Of a stretch of DNA of 64,000 nucleotides, positions 8,686-19,550 are shown piece by piece; within the stretch, counting starts at the first letter, position 1, and the number at the start of each line of letters is the position of its first letter. The notes under the pieces are model-generated. The model saw nothing but the letters and a program-made list of their open reading frames with translations. It was not told the DNA's origin and made no database searches. The translations under genes and the position numbers were made by a program. Source of the DNA: Fibrobacteria bacterium (GTDB taxonomy: Bacteria; Fibrobacterota; Fibrobacteria; UBA11236); NCBI GenBank assembly GCA_043732185.1, contig JAYTHY010000066.1, positions 1 through 64,000 on the forward strand, written 5' to 3'.

Positions 8686-10449
8686 ATGAGTGAGACATTC
8701 CGAACCTTGCCTGGTTTGCTTAAGTATGTGGAAACGCATTCCCAGAACGACTGCGCACTGGGATATAAAAAAGGCGATAAGTGGGAGAAAATATCCACGG
8801 GTGAAGTGGGGGAAACGGTTCGTCGACTGTGTATGGGTTTGGTCGAATTGGGTCTTAAGCCGTGTGACAAAGTGGGTTTGGTTGCCGACCCATCGCCGTT
8901 CTGGTTGATGATGGATCTGGCAATTCTTGGCGCGGGGGCAGTATCCGTGCCGATGTTCGCGAATATTTCGCATGAGAATTTGCAGTTTGAAATCAAGGAT
9001 TCCGGAATGAAATTCCTCTTTGTAGGATCCGAATCGCAATACCTGGCCATGAAACCATATTTTGGCTCGATGCAAAAAATCATCGTCATGCCGTCGGGTC
9101 TAGGTGATGAACAGTGTGTCTCTTACGAAAATCTGTTGGCACTTGGAGCCAAGCGCCAGGCCAATGGGGGCAACGATTATTTAAGACTGAGCGAGGGCAT
9201 CAACGAGCAGGATACGGCAACGTTGATTTATACGTCTGGTAGCACTGGAGTTCCCAAGGGCGTGGAATTGACCCATCGCAATTTGGTGTTCCAAGTCTTG
9301 GCCGCCAATAAACGGTTTCCACTTAATCCAGCCGTGGATAAAGTGCTGAGTTGTCTGCCATTGGCCCATGTGTTTGAACGTATGGTGTCATACTATTATT
9401 TCTTTACAGGTTCGCCCGTTTACTTTGCCGAAGACATCAAAAAAGTCGGTGACAATCTGCGGGAGCTGCATCCTACGGTTATCACGATGGTGCCCCGTCT
9501 GCTCGAAAAAGTGCATGCCAAAATGCAAGCCAATGTGGAACACGCGCAAGGTATCAAGAAATTTTTGGGGACGCGGGCCTGGAACCGGGCCCATGCTAAG
9601 CCGCTGGGTTCGAAAGACACTTGGGCAGACAAACTTTTTGAAGCGCTGGTTTATAAAAAAATGCGGGAAGGATTAGGCGGATCGTTGCGACTGGTTATTT
9701 CCGGCAGCGCCCCACTTGATGCGAATTTGGCGGCATTTTTTCTCAATGTCGGCATCCCGGTTTATGAAGGCTACGGCCTTACAGAGGCGTCTCCGGTCAT
9801 CGCTGCCAACTTTCCCGACCACCGTAAACTGGGAACCGTTGGCATGGCCTTTCCAGGAGTGGAAGTCAAATTCGCCGATGACGGTGAAATCCTGACTCGA
9901 GGGCCTCATGTCATGAAGGGCTATTACAACAAGCCAACTGAGACGGCGGAAGTCATCGACAAACAAGGCTGGTTGCATACCGGGGATCTGGGCCATTTCG
10001 ATGTCGAAAATTATATCAAGATCACTGGACGGAAAAAGGAATTGTTCAAAACCGCCAACGGCAAATATGTGGCTCCCGTGCCTATCGAACATGCGATCAC
10101 AAATTGTAAACTGGTGGATATGGCTATGGTGGTGGCCGAGGGCAAACCTTTTACAACGGCTTTGCTTTTTCCGGACTTTGAAAACCTGGACAGCCTTAAG
10201 GCGGAAATCGGTTGCGCGGAAATGGGCACAGACGCGTTCCTGCAAAGCCCGCAGGCCCGCGACTATATTCAAAAAAGCCTCGACGAAGTCAACTCCAAGC
10301 TGAACCATTGGGAGCAGGTGCAAAAATTCATCATCATCAAAACCCCCATAACGGTGGATTCCGGACAGCTTACCCCGACCATGAAAATCCGGCGGCACAT
10401 CGTCATGGAAAAATATCGCAATGAAATCGAGCCAATGTATCGCTCTTAG
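8686..10449 (+). CDS. fadD: Long-chain fatty acid-CoA ligase
   Basis: IYTSGSTGVPKG, YEGYGLTE, WLHTGDLG, LTPTMK motifs. Confidence 0.9.
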   Translation: MSETFRTLPGLLKYVETHSQNDCALGYKKGDKWEKISTGEVGETVRRLCMGLVELGLKPCDKVGLVADPSPFWLMMDLAILGAGAVSVPMFANISHENLQFEIKDSGMKFLFVGSESQYLAMKPYFGSMQKIIVMPSGLGDEQCVSYENLLALGAKRQANGGNDYLRLSEGINEQDTATLIYTSGSTGVPKGVELTHRNLVFQVLAANKRFPLNPAVDKVLSCLPLAHVFERMVSYYYFFTGSPVYFAEDIKKVGDNLRELHPTVITMVPRLLEKVHAKMQANVEHAQGIKKFLGTRAWNRAHAKPLGSKDTWADKLFEALVYKKMREGLGGSLRLVISGSAPLDANLAAFFLNVGIPVYEGYGLTEASPVIAANFPDHRKLGTVGMAFPGVEVKFADDGEILTRGPHVMKGYYNKPTETAEVIDKQGWLHTGDLGHFDVENYIKITGRKKELFKTANGKYVAPVPIEHAITNCKLVDMAMVVAEGKPFTTALLFPDFENLDSLKAEIGCAEMGTDAFLQSPQARDYIQKSLDEVNSKLNHWEQVQKFIIIKTPITVDSGQLTPTMKIRRHIVMEKYRNEIEPMYRS

Positions 10450-10513
10450 TTGATTCCGGGCGCTTGAGATAGGTAAAATAAAGGCGTCTCGCGAATTTTT
10501 ACAGGAGTCCGCC

Positions 10514-12898
10514 ATGCAGCCAATCCGCAGCGCAACCGTTATTGGCAGCGGGATAATGGGTTCCCAAATCGCCGCGCATCTGGCCGGCTGTGGCATATCT
10601 GTTTTGCTCCTGGATGTTCCAACCGACGGCAAACAGCGCAGTGCCATTGCCATCAAGGGCAAGGACGGACTAAAAAAAATCAAGCCCTCGCCTTTGTATA
10701 CCCCTGAGGTACTCGGCCTCATAAAACCGGGCAATACTGCCGACCATTTGGTCGAGGCTGGGCAAACGGACTGGATTATTGAAGCTATTATCGAGCAAGC
10801 CGGTCCCAAGCAAGAACTGTTTAAGAAACTGCAAGCGGTGATGGGTCCCAATACCATTTTGGCAACCAATACATCCGGTATTCCACTCAAAATTCTCGGC
10901 CAGGATTTGTCGCCATCGGTACAAGAACGCTTTATCGGCACCCATTTTTTTAATCCACCGCGCTATTTGCGTTTAGTTGAAGTGATTCGCGGACCGAAAA
11001 CGTCTTCGCTCACCGTGGACCGCATCAATCATGTTTTGACGGCTGTGCTCAATAAAGTGCCGGTGCCTGCGTTGGATTCGCCCGCCTTCATCGCCAATCG
11101 GCTGGGTGTGCATGCGGTGGTGGCCACTTTAAAAATAGCCAAGGAATGGAATCTCACCGTCGAAGAAGTTGATTTTCTGACCGGACCGTTGATAGGTAGA
11201 CCCAAGACGGGAACGTTTCGATTAGCGGATTTGGTCGGGATCGATACGCTCGGCCATATTATAAAAGGCTTACAACAAGCTTTTCCCGCCGAAGGTTATG
11301 GCATGGATCCAATTCTCCAAGGTCTTATCGATAAAGGTGCGTTAGGAAAAAAAACGGGAGCCGGATTTTATAAAAAAGGCCCGAATGGAATGGAAGTGCT
11401 GGACCTTGTCACCGGTGTGTACCGACCTGAGAGCAAGCCTGGCTTTGCGGAACTCAAGGAGTGTCTCAAGGAAGATGCGGTAGAAACGCGCTTCCAACGG
11501 CTCTTTGGCCAAAAGGGTCGAGGCGCCGATGCCGCCAAACGCATAGCCGCTACGACAGTTGCCTACGCTGCAACGGTGGCTGCCAGTTGTGCCGAGGATT
11601 TGTCTTACGTGGATGAAGCCATGGAACTGGGGTTCGCCTGGGATCTGGGTCCCTTCAAGATTTTCGATGCCATAGGTTCAGAAGCATTTCGGGATGTCTG
11701 TACCGAGTTCAATATCGAACCCCCCGCGTGGCTTTTCCAATCCGTTGCCGACGACACCCGCGTGTACAAATTGCGTGCGGGCCAAGTGGATATCAAAGAT
11801 GTTCCCAAAGTCATCAAGGATGTACCTACAGGAATCAAGGTATCCGCCAAGGAATCTGCCAATGCAAGAGGCTCGACCCAGCGGCATGCGCTCGCGTCGC
11901 GTGGTTTCAGTTTAGCCCTTCACCGCATGAACAACAAGCCTGTTATCGCAACACCTGATGCCACTCTATGGGACATGGGCGATAAAATCCTATTGCTGGA
12001 ATTCCATTCTAAAATGAATTCCATGGGACCGGGTTCTTTGGAAATGATTCTCAGATCCGTGGACAAGGCCAACGAGGGTTGGGCCGGTTTTGTCATTGGG
12101 AATCAAGGCAGCCATTTTTGCGCCGGTGCCAATATTGCGATGGTACGCGAAGATGCCATCAACGGCGCATTTGGAAAAATCGATTTTGCCATCAGCCAGT
12201 TTCAACGTGCGAGCATGGCTATCAAATACTCTGGCGTGCCCGTTGTTGTTGCGCCTCACAATATGGCGCTGGGGGGTGGCTGCGAATTTGTCATTCACAG
12301 CAATCGCCCGGTGTTGTCACCGGAAACCTATTTGGGTTTGGTGGAAGTGGGCGTGGGACTTTTGCCCGCCGGGGGTGGCACTAAAGAATTGACCATCCGC
12401 GCTTTGGAAACGGCCAAGGGAGGCTTAAGCCTCAATGCTCTCCTAAAAGCTTTTGAGCTCATCGCCATGGGCAAAGTGTCCATGAGCGCACAGGAAGCCG
12501 TGTCTATGGGCTATCTCGACCGGCGTACGGTAATCGCCTCCAATGAAAGCACGCGTTTGGATCAAGCTAAGGCGGAAGCATTGGCGATGAGTCATGCCGG
12601 ATACCGTCCCCCTGCGCCATCCCTGCATATTGAAGTTTTGGGAACCGAAGCAATGGCGGCTTTTGCTACGGGTATTTATATGTTACAAGAGGCAGGCTTT
12701 GCTTCCGCGCACGATGCCTTGATTGCCGCGGGAGTGGCTCGCATCATGTCCGGCGGTACAGTCACGGCCGGAACCATTGTCGATGAGGCTTATTTACTGG
12801 AACTGGAGCGCGAGGAATTTCTCAAGTTGGTGGGGACCAAAAAGAGTCAGGATCGCATCGAGTTCATGTTGAAAAAAGGCAAGCCGCTTAGAAATTAA
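10514..12898 (+). CDS. fadN: 3-hydroxyacyl-CoA dehydrogenase/enoyl-CoA hydratase (FadN-type)
   Basis: GSGIMG, ATNTSG, HFFNPPRY, GGGCE, LVEVGVGLLPAGGG, terminal KPLRN. Confidence 0.92.
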   Translation: MQPIRSATVIGSGIMGSQIAAHLAGCGISVLLLDVPTDGKQRSAIAIKGKDGLKKIKPSPLYTPEVLGLIKPGNTADHLVEAGQTDWIIEAIIEQAGPKQELFKKLQAVMGPNTILATNTSGIPLKILGQDLSPSVQERFIGTHFFNPPRYLRLVEVIRGPKTSSLTVDRINHVLTAVLNKVPVPALDSPAFIANRLGVHAVVATLKIAKEWNLTVEEVDFLTGPLIGRPKTGTFRLADLVGIDTLGHIIKGLQQAFPAEGYGMDPILQGLIDKGALGKKTGAGFYKKGPNGMEVLDLVTGVYRPESKPGFAELKECLKEDAVETRFQRLFGQKGRGADAAKRIAATTVAYAATVAASCAEDLSYVDEAMELGFAWDLGPFKIFDAIGSEAFRDVCTEFNIEPPAWLFQSVADDTRVYKLRAGQVDIKDVPKVIKDVPTGIKVSAKESANARGSTQRHALASRGFSLALHRMNNKPVIATPDATLWDMGDKILLLEFHSKMNSMGPGSLEMILRSVDKANEGWAGFVIGNQGSHFCAGANIAMVREDAINGAFGKIDFAISQFQRASMAIKYSGVPVVVAPHNMALGGGCEFVIHSNRPVLSPETYLGLVEVGVGLLPAGGGTKELTIRALETAKGGLSLNALLKAFELIAMGKVSMSAQEAVSMGYLDRRTVIASNESTRLDQAKAEALAMSHAGYRPPAPSLHIEVLGTEAMAAFATGIYMLQEAGFASAHDALIAAGVARIMSGGTVTAGTIVDEAYLLELEREEFLKLVGTKKSQDRIEFMLKKGKPLRN

Positions 12899-12925
12899 TA
12901 TCATCCGTTTTTCAGGAGGTCAAGT

Positions 12926-14104
12926 ATGAGTGAAGCTGTAATCGTGGCAGGAGCCCGGACTCCAGTGGGCAAAGGCGGTAAGGGATCTTTTACCCATGTG
13001 CGATCCGATTCCTTAGCGGCCATCACGGTTCGCGAAGTGCTCAAACGCGCTCCCGGTTTAAAGGCGGAGGATATTGGAGATTTGATATTGGGCTGTGCCA
13101 TGCCCGAAGCCGAACAGGGTATGAACGTGGCCCGTATGGTCGGTCTTATGGCAGGATTGCCGGACCGCGTGCCCGGCATGACGGTAAACCGATATTGTTC
13201 TTCTGGTCTTCAATCCATTGCCATGGCTTCCGATCGCATCAACCTCGGAGATGCGGAAGCGGTTCTTGCCGGTGGCTTGGAAAGCATGTCCATGATCCCG
13301 ATGGGTGGGCATAAGATTTCTCCGAACGGAGAGCTGGTTGCCAAACGCCCCGAATCCTATATGACCATGGGATTAACTGCCGAACGGGTGGCGGAAAAAT
13401 ATGGCATCAGTAGACAGGATCAGGATGCCTTTTCCTATCGATCACATCAAAAAGCCGTGGCAGCCATCCAAAGCGGAAAATTCCAGGATGAAATCGTACC
13501 CGTAACCTGGAAGGAAACGCAGCTGGATTCCCATCGCAAGGAAAAAAGCATCGACCGGACTTTGGCTGTGGATGAAGGACCGCGTGCGGACACAAGCGTC
13601 GAAGCGCTGGGCGCCCTTAAAGCGGTGTTCAAAGCCACGGGAACGGTAACGGCCGGCAACAGCTCTCAAGTCAGCGACGGTGCCGCAATGGCTCTATTGA
13701 CCTCTCGTAAATATGCCGATTCCCATGGCCTCAAACCCATCGCCAGGCTGGTTAAATACGCGGTTGTAGGCGTGGCTCCGGAAATTATGGGTATCGGTCC
13801 CGCAGAAGCAATTCCCGCCGTGCTGAAAATGGCGGGCCTTACCTTGGATCAAATCGATTTGTTCGAATTGAACGAAGCGTTCGCGGCCCAGTCCTTGGCT
13901 GTTTTGCGTACCCTTAAAATCAACGAAGAAAAGGTCAATGTCAACGGGGGCGCCATTGCATTGGGGCATCCGCTCGGATGTACGGGAACCAAATTGACCT
14001 TGTCCTTGCTCAACGAGTTGAAACGCCGAAAAGGCAAGTACGGCATTGTCACCATGTGTATTGGTGGTGGGATGGGAGCGGCAGGCCTTTTCGAAATGCT
14101 GTAA
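12926..14104 (+). CDS. fadA: Acetyl-CoA C-acyltransferase (3-ketoacyl-CoA thiolase)
   Basis: NRYCSSG, NEAFA, GHPLG, CIGGGMG thiolase motifs. Confidence 0.95.
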   Translation: MSEAVIVAGARTPVGKGGKGSFTHVRSDSLAAITVREVLKRAPGLKAEDIGDLILGCAMPEAEQGMNVARMVGLMAGLPDRVPGMTVNRYCSSGLQSIAMASDRINLGDAEAVLAGGLESMSMIPMGGHKISPNGELVAKRPESYMTMGLTAERVAEKYGISRQDQDAFSYRSHQKAVAAIQSGKFQDEIVPVTWKETQLDSHRKEKSIDRTLAVDEGPRADTSVEALGALKAVFKATGTVTAGNSSQVSDGAAMALLTSRKYADSHGLKPIARLVKYAVVGVAPEIMGIGPAEAIPAVLKMAGLTLDQIDLFELNEAFAAQSLAVLRTLKINEEKVNVNGGAIALGHPLGCTGTKLTLSLLNELKRRKGKYGIVTMCIGGGMGAAGLFEML

Positions 14105-14109
14105 TACGA

Positions 14110-15159
14110 TTAGAACTTGAGGCTTACCGTAGAGCCGAGCAACCAATATGAACTGCCGGTGGTGGCATCCAGCGCCTTCTCCCGGATTGCGGAAACACCC
14201 AAATTGAGCCAGTAGAGCGGGGAATAAATATAACCAACTCCAATGGTGCGGTATCTAGACTGGACGGATGTGGTCATTTGCCAGTCGAGGGAGGCTTTCA
14301 CGGATAGAAAATGCGCCTTGTGATCCCACTCCCCAAAAACAGCAAGGCTGAATCCTTCCACTGCGGAACTGTCTTGGGTTTGAGAGCATAACTTACCGGA
14401 ACCCAATTTGCATTTGATAGTCCGTGTCTGTGATTGGTGCTGTTGGTATCCGGACGCTTCGGCCAACCAATCAAATTCCTTCCAGGTTTTGCCTAGCGAA
14501 GTAAAGCCATCCCAGGTTTTAAACTCGCCCCCATAATTGTCATACCCGCCGCCCAAAGTCCACTCCCAGGTGCTGTCCACATCCAGAGCAAAAGCTTTGG
14601 ATACGCTGGCTGCAAAAGTCGAAACCAACTCTGCCTGCCCCTTGGTTTTTTCGGTTCGGCTAAGCGTGTTAAAAACTAAGGACGCATAGGTTGCTCCAGC
14701 CACTGCTTGGAGAGTTAAGCCCTGTTCCCGGAACTGAAGGGAGAAATTGGCAATCCCGGTTTGTAAGGTGGAGCGTTGGAAACTGAAATCGGTGGAGACC
14801 GAAACCTTTTCGGAAATGCGTCCAGCTCCCGGATACTGCCGAAAAGTAAGGCTCAGGGAGTCCATTCCGTGTAGACCTGCCTCTGATGCGCGGCCCTGGC
14901 CAAGAGAAATTCCGTGCCCGGTGAGAAAACGAAAATGGCTCGATGTGGGTTGGGGCGTCCAACCTAAATTTTCTTCAGCCAAATCTCCGGAAAGATCCGA
15001 TAATTTTTCCAGCGGCTTAGTTGCTGAGTCGATGAGTGGTAGTATGGGCGGGTTCATAGCACTGGTGTCGGCTAAGGTTTCCGCTGATAAGTGGCTCAAG
15101 AATAAACCTGCCAAGGACACGACTAGTTGAAGAAAAATGCGTCTCAATGAATTATTCAT
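14110..15159 (-). CDS. Hypothetical outer-membrane beta-barrel protein
   Basis: Signal peptide, alternating aromatic strands, terminal VSLKF. Confidence 0.6.
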   Translation of the reverse strand: MNNSLRRIFLQLVVSLAGLFLSHLSAETLADTSAMNPPILPLIDSATKPLEKLSDLSGDLAEENLGWTPQPTSSHFRFLTGHGISLGQGRASEAGLHGMDSLSLTFRQYPGAGRISEKVSVSTDFSFQRSTLQTGIANFSLQFREQGLTLQAVAGATYASLVFNTLSRTEKTKGQAELVSTFAASVSKAFALDVDSTWEWTLGGGYDNYGGEFKTWDGFTSLGKTWKEFDWLAEASGYQQHQSQTRTIKCKLGSGKLCSQTQDSSAVEGFSLAVFGEWDHKAHFLSVKASLDWQMTTSVQSRYRTIGVGYIYSPLYWLNLGVSAIREKALDATTGSSYWLLGSTVSLKF

Positions 15160-15185
15160 CCTGAAAAAATACTTTATTCCGGATC

Positions 15186-15223
15186 AAAAAAAAACCGACC
15201 AAGAATTACTTGGCCGGTTTTTT
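15186..15223 (-). terminator. Intrinsic terminator after the heptad-repeat gene
   Basis: Minus strand ACCGGCCAAG-TAATT-CTTGGTCGGT (one G.U pair) followed by a T run. Confidence 0.8.
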
Positions 15224-15235
15224 GCGAATCTAAAA

Positions 15236-15739
15236 TTAATGGGTTTCGTGTTTCAAATCATGCTTGTCTTCATGTTTGTCTTTCCGGTCCGCCCGGCGGT
15301 CTTGGCGATCTTGATGGCGATCTTTTTTGTCTTGGTGCAGGTCTTTTTGATCTTCATGCATTGCCTTGCGATCGGCGTGCATTTCCTTGGCATCCTTATG
15401 CACTTCTTTCATGTCTGCTTTAATTTCTTGACGGTCGGCTTTCAGCTCTTCCTTGGATGCTCCAGCAGCTTTATCGGCTTTCAATTCTTTTCTATCCGCT
15501 TTGGCTTCCGCGATGTCCGCTTTGATCTCTTTGTTGTCTGCGCGGACTTCAGCTTTGTCCTCACGTACTTCCTTGCGATCTTGGCGTACTTCTTTATTGT
15601 CTTTTCGAACTTCCTTGTTGTCCTTCCGAATTTCCTTATTGTCCGCTTTTAGGTCCGCATTTACGGGAGCGACGGGTTCATCGGCAAGTCCTAAGCTCAA
15701 AGCGCCCAAAATGATTCCGTATGCAATGGTCTTCTTCAT
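15236..15739 (-). CDS. Secreted highly charged heptad-repeat protein
   Basis: MKKTIAYGIILGALSLGLA signal peptide, then repeats KADNKEI/RKDNKEV/RQDRKEV/REDKAEV. Confidence 0.8.
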   Translation of the reverse strand: MKKTIAYGIILGALSLGLADEPVAPVNADLKADNKEIRKDNKEVRKDNKEVRQDRKEVREDKAEVRADNKEIKADIAEAKADRKELKADKAAGASKEELKADRQEIKADMKEVHKDAKEMHADRKAMHEDQKDLHQDKKDRHQDRQDRRADRKDKHEDKHDLKHETH

Positions 15740-15833
15740 GATATTTCCTTTCGAGGGTGTTAAAAATCTCTCCAACATACTTTTGAACCCTGGGGACAGC
15801 CTTTGGTTCCATGAGAATCAATAAAAGTTGGAA

Positions 15834-16658
15834 TTAGAGCGTATTGTACAGGCCTTCGTCCAAAGTGAAATATAACTGGGCCCGGAAAGTCTGGTTTTCC
15901 GGTTGATTCTGACCGGAAATTGAAAAAGGCACATTGATTTCCAGACTTACGATTTTATTCAAGGTGTAATACATACCTGGTGCCAACTGGAACAAATTGC
16001 CACCCGCATCTAGGCTTTCACCTTTCGACATTCGGTTAAAATATGTGTCGAATATTCCGGCTAGGTTTAGTCCGACATACTGCTTGTTCTTTGTCAGCCA
16101 AGGGGCCACAAGTGGATATTCTGCCTTCACGAACAGGCGGATATTGTCGATTTTATTTTTGAAATCATCTTCGGTGTTGAAAGAGTAAGATAAGTTGGAA
16201 AGCAATTTGATTAGCGCATAATCCTTGTTGTACATGGCGCCAAATGTCATGGTGGCAAAGTTGCCCGCATTCATGATGTCTTCAAAACCTATTGGCAACG
16301 AAATTGCCAAATAGCCGCCTCCACCGGAAATGGGGTCACCGTATTTCAAGCCGAGAGTGGGCCTGTCCAATCCCGTATGGCCAGCCGTATCCTGGATTAG
16401 GTACCGAATGGCCATAGACCCTTCCAGTTGATCCATCAAACCGAATTTTCCCTGCATCGGAATCGAAGTGGGATCTTCCTTGGAGAAGACACCATTGCTT
16501 TCCCAATCTTGCTTGAAGGCCCCCGGTACCGAGCTGTGTTCCACACCCATATTGATCTGCATGACACGGGAGGCGATAGGCATGTATTCATCCAGGGCGT
16601 ACAAGGCCGAAACTGAGAAAAGAGAAATGAAAGCGGGAACCACCAATTTATGCGACAT
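15834..16658 (-). CDS. Hypothetical exported beta-barrel (transporter-like) protein
   Basis: Signal peptide MSHKLVVPAFISLFSVSALYA; strand pattern LGLKYG, LAISLPIG, FQLAPGMYY. Confidence 0.6.
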   Translation of the reverse strand: MSHKLVVPAFISLFSVSALYALDEYMPIASRVMQINMGVEHSSVPGAFKQDWESNGVFSKEDPTSIPMQGKFGLMDQLEGSMAIRYLIQDTAGHTGLDRPTLGLKYGDPISGGGGYLAISLPIGFEDIMNAGNFATMTFGAMYNKDYALIKLLSNLSYSFNTEDDFKNKIDNIRLFVKAEYPLVAPWLTKNKQYVGLNLAGIFDTYFNRMSKGESLDAGGNLFQLAPGMYYTLNKIVSLEINVPFSISGQNQPENQTFRAQLYFTLDEGLYNTL

Positions 16659-16839
16659 TCCATGCTCCTGATCGTGTTTGCAGGTAAATAGCACCAGCAA
16701 AAAAGTGAACTCCTCTATTTAACCGTATTTTTGCGGTGATTTCAATATTTTGATGCGAAATTCCATATTTTTGCTTCTAAAATGCAAAAGGAGGTACAAA
16801 AGGGGATATATTAATAGGGGTACAAACAGGCCAGCCAAC

Positions 16840-17340
16840 ATGAAGTTTACCAAGAAGACCGATTATGCCTTAAGGACCTTGGAATTCCTGGCTCGTCAAC
16901 ATTTTTTGGCGGAAAGCGAAGGCAAGACGGCCTCTATGCCGGTCCGGGTCCAATCGATTTCGGACCATAGCAAGCTCTCGCTCCGTTTTTTACAAGGGGT
17001 GGTTTCACGCCTTTCCAAGGCCAAGTTGCTCAAGACCGTGCCCGGAGTCAACGGCGGAATCATGCTGGGGCGGGACCCGGGCAAGATCACTCTGCTGAAT
17101 ATTGTCGAGGCCGTGGAAGGCAAGATCAACCTGATGTCCTGTCTCGATCACCCTGAGTTTTGTAGCGATAGCCCACAATGCTCGATCATGGGGGTCATGC
17201 ACGCCGCGCAGGCAGCCTTGGTCAATAGTCTTTCCAACACCAATTTGAAATTAATGGTCAAGACCAGGCTCGATCCCTTTAACCGGCTGCCACAAAAGCA
17301 TATTCTGAAACCTCAATTCGGTTGTCCGGTATTAAAATAA
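16840..17340 (+). CDS. Rrf2-family transcriptional regulator with three putative Fe-S cysteines
   Basis: MKFTKKTDYALR, GVNGGIML, ITLLNIVEAVEG, C-x5-C-x5-C. Confidence 0.9.
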   Translation: MKFTKKTDYALRTLEFLARQHFLAESEGKTASMPVRVQSISDHSKLSLRFLQGVVSRLSKAKLLKTVPGVNGGIMLGRDPGKITLLNIVEAVEGKINLMSCLDHPEFCSDSPQCSIMGVMHAAQAALVNSLSNTNLKLMVKTRLDPFNRLPQKHILKPQFGCPVLK

Positions 17341-17420
17341 AGCTTCCCACCAAATAGTTTGCATCCAAGCCTGAAAATGAGCATTTTTACAGGCCTCAAA
17401 CACCCACCAAGGGAATTTAC

Positions 17421-18626
17421 ATGAAGTTGCATGAATACCAAGCCAAGGCTGTATTACGGCAGGCTGGATTGCCTGTGCCTAAAGGCGAGGTCGTTTTTAA
17501 ATCTGAACAAGTGGACGCGGCGCTCAGCAAACTGGGTATGACCACTGGCGTGGCCAAAGCCCAAGCCTATACGGGCGGGCGAGGCAAAGCGGGTGGAATT
17601 AAACTGTTCAAGAGTGCTGAAGAAGCCAGGAATCTAACCGGACAGCTGCTCGGCATGACTTTGGTCACCAAGCAAACGGGTCCGGACGGCGTAAAAATTC
17701 ATGCGGTATTGCTGGAAGAAGCCAGCGTTATCAAGCGTGAACTCTATGTTGCCGTTACCCTGGACCGCGCCAAGGCCAATATCGTATTCATTCTCAGCCC
17801 CGAGGGCGGCATGGATATCGAGGAAGTTTCTGAGAAGACTCCCGAAAAAATCAAGAAATTTTATCCCGCTTGGGGACGTAACTTGGATGCTAACCTCATG
17901 ACGGAGGCAGCGGCCTTCCTAGGCCTAACTGGACCTCAAGTGGCGCAGTTCGGAGATGTGCTTCAGAAGCTCTATCGCATTTATCAGGAAAAAGATTGCA
18001 CCCTGCTAGAAATCAATCCGCTGGTGGTGAATGGCGAAGGTAGCCTCTCCTTGCTCGATTGCAAATTTGACATTGATGAAAATGCCGTCTATCGTCAGAA
18101 GGATACTGGCGGAGACCCGGATGGGGAAAAGGACCCTTCTGAAATAGAGGCTTCCAAATATGGTTTGAGTTATATCCGCCTAGACGGGGACATTGGGTGT
18201 ATGGTGAACGGCGCCGGATTGGCCATGGCCACCATGGACATTATTGCCCATTACGGATCTCAGCCCGCCAACTTCTTGGATGTGGGAGGCTCGGCTTCAG
18301 AAGAAGCGGTTACCAAGGCTTTCGAAATCATCACCGCGGACAAAAATGTCAAAGGTATTTTGGTCAACATTTTCGGCGGGATCATGCCTTGCGACCGAAT
18401 CGCCCGTGGCATTATAGGCGCGGTCAAGTCCACGGGTCTTAAGGTTCCCTTGGTGGTTCGCCTGGAAGGGACCAATGTCAAAGAGGGCAAAGCCCTGATA
18501 GAATCTTCCGGACTGGATTTGGTCAGCGCCGAAAACCTGGAATCTGCCGCCAAACTTGCGGCCCAAAACGTCAAAGCCCTCGACGCTAAGAGCGGTGGCG
18601 CACAAAGCGTAAAGGGAGGAAAATAA
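17421..18626 (+). CDS. sucC: Succinyl-CoA synthetase beta subunit
   Basis: [35 protein letters not shown]. Confidence 0.97.
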   Translation: MKLHEYQAKAVLRQAGLPVPKGEVVFKSEQVDAALSKLGMTTGVAKAQAYTGGRGKAGGIKLFKSAEEARNLTGQLLGMTLVTKQTGPDGVKIHAVLLEEASVIKRELYVAVTLDRAKANIVFILSPEGGMDIEEVSEKTPEKIKKFYPAWGRNLDANLMTEAAAFLGLTGPQVAQFGDVLQKLYRIYQEKDCTLLEINPLVVNGEGSLSLLDCKFDIDENAVYRQKDTGGDPDGEKDPSEIEASKYGLSYIRLDGDIGCMVNGAGLAMATMDIIAHYGSQPANFLDVGGSASEEAVTKAFEIITADKNVKGILVNIFGGIMPCDRIARGIIGAVKSTGLKVPLVVRLEGTNVKEGKALIESSGLDLVSAENLESAAKLAAQNVKALDAKSGGAQSVKGGK

Positions 18627-18627
18627 C

Positions 18628-19509
18628 ATGGCTATTCTTATCGACAAAAATACCCGTCTCATCACTCAGGGCATTACGGGAAAGGCCGGTTTGTTCCATT
18701 CGCAACAATGCCGCGACTATGGCACCAAAGTGGTTGGAGGCGTAACGCCTAAAAAGGGAGGCACCAGTGTAGATGGTTTTCCCGTATTCAACTCCGTTGC
18801 GGAAGCCGTTCAGGATACCGGCGCCAATGCCACCATGCTTTTTGTCCCGGCTCCTTATGCCGCGGACGCTATTCTTGAAGCCGCCGATGCCGGTGTTCAT
18901 CTTATTGTGGCCATTACGGAAGGCATTCCCGTGATGGATATGCTCAAGGTGCACAATTATTTGCGCGGGAAAAAGTGCATTTTGATCGGACCAAATTGCC
19001 CCGGACTTGTGACAGCCGGCGTTTGTAAAATCGGAATTGCGCCCGGCGCCATCCATTCTAAAGGCCGCATTGGGATTGTGTCCCGTTCCGGCACGCTCAC
19101 TTATGAAGCCGTTCACCAAACTACCGTGGCGGGCCTGGGCCAAACCACGGCCGTCGGCATCGGCGGAGATCCTATCCATGGACTAAGCCATGTAGACGTG
19201 ATCAAGTTGCTGAATGAAGATCCGGAAACGGAAGGGATTATCTTAATTGGTGAAATTGGCGGAAGCGATGAAGAAATTGCCGCAGCCTATATTAAACAGA
19301 ACGTCAAAAAACCGGTGGTTGGTTTTATCGCCGGAGCCTCCGCTCCCAAAGGCAAACGCATGGGACATGCAGGCGCCATCATCGATGGAACGTCAGGTAC
19401 CGCCGAGGCCAAAATCAAGGCACTTACGGATGCGGGCGTTAGCATGGCGGTTACTGCCGGCGAAATTGGCAGCCGAATGGTTGCAGCCATGAAGGCTGCG
19501 GGGAAATAA
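18628..19509 (+). CDS. sucD: Succinyl-CoA synthetase alpha subunit
   Basis: [26 protein letters not shown]. Confidence 0.97.
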   Translation: MAILIDKNTRLITQGITGKAGLFHSQQCRDYGTKVVGGVTPKKGGTSVDGFPVFNSVAEAVQDTGANATMLFVPAPYAADAILEAADAGVHLIVAITEGIPVMDMLKVHNYLRGKKCILIGPNCPGLVTAGVCKIGIAPGAIHSKGRIGIVSRSGTLTYEAVHQTTVAGLGQTTAVGIGGDPIHGLSHVDVIKLLNEDPETEGIILIGEIGGSDEEIAAAYIKQNVKKPVVGFIAGASAPKGKRMGHAGAIIDGTSGTAEAKIKALTDAGVSMAVTAGEIGSRMVAAMKAAGK

Positions 19510-19550
19510 ATAAGTCACATTAAAGTCGTTAACGCAAAGGACGGATAAAA

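Noticed and set aside
9673..10941. 422-aa minus-strand ORF
   Set aside because: Antisense shadow of fadD/fadN with no recognisable motifs.
11792..11839. 21-bp duplication in fadN (IKDVPKV/IKDVPTG)
   Set aside because: Linker duplication that keeps the frame; unremarkable.
15250..15650. 21-nt periodicity resembling a CRISPR array
   Set aside because: In-frame coding heptads, no unique spacers, no cas genes.
15137..15652. 171-aa very hydrophobic plus-strand ORF
   Set aside because: Antisense of the Lys/Glu/Asp repeat gene, which has the signal peptide and terminator.
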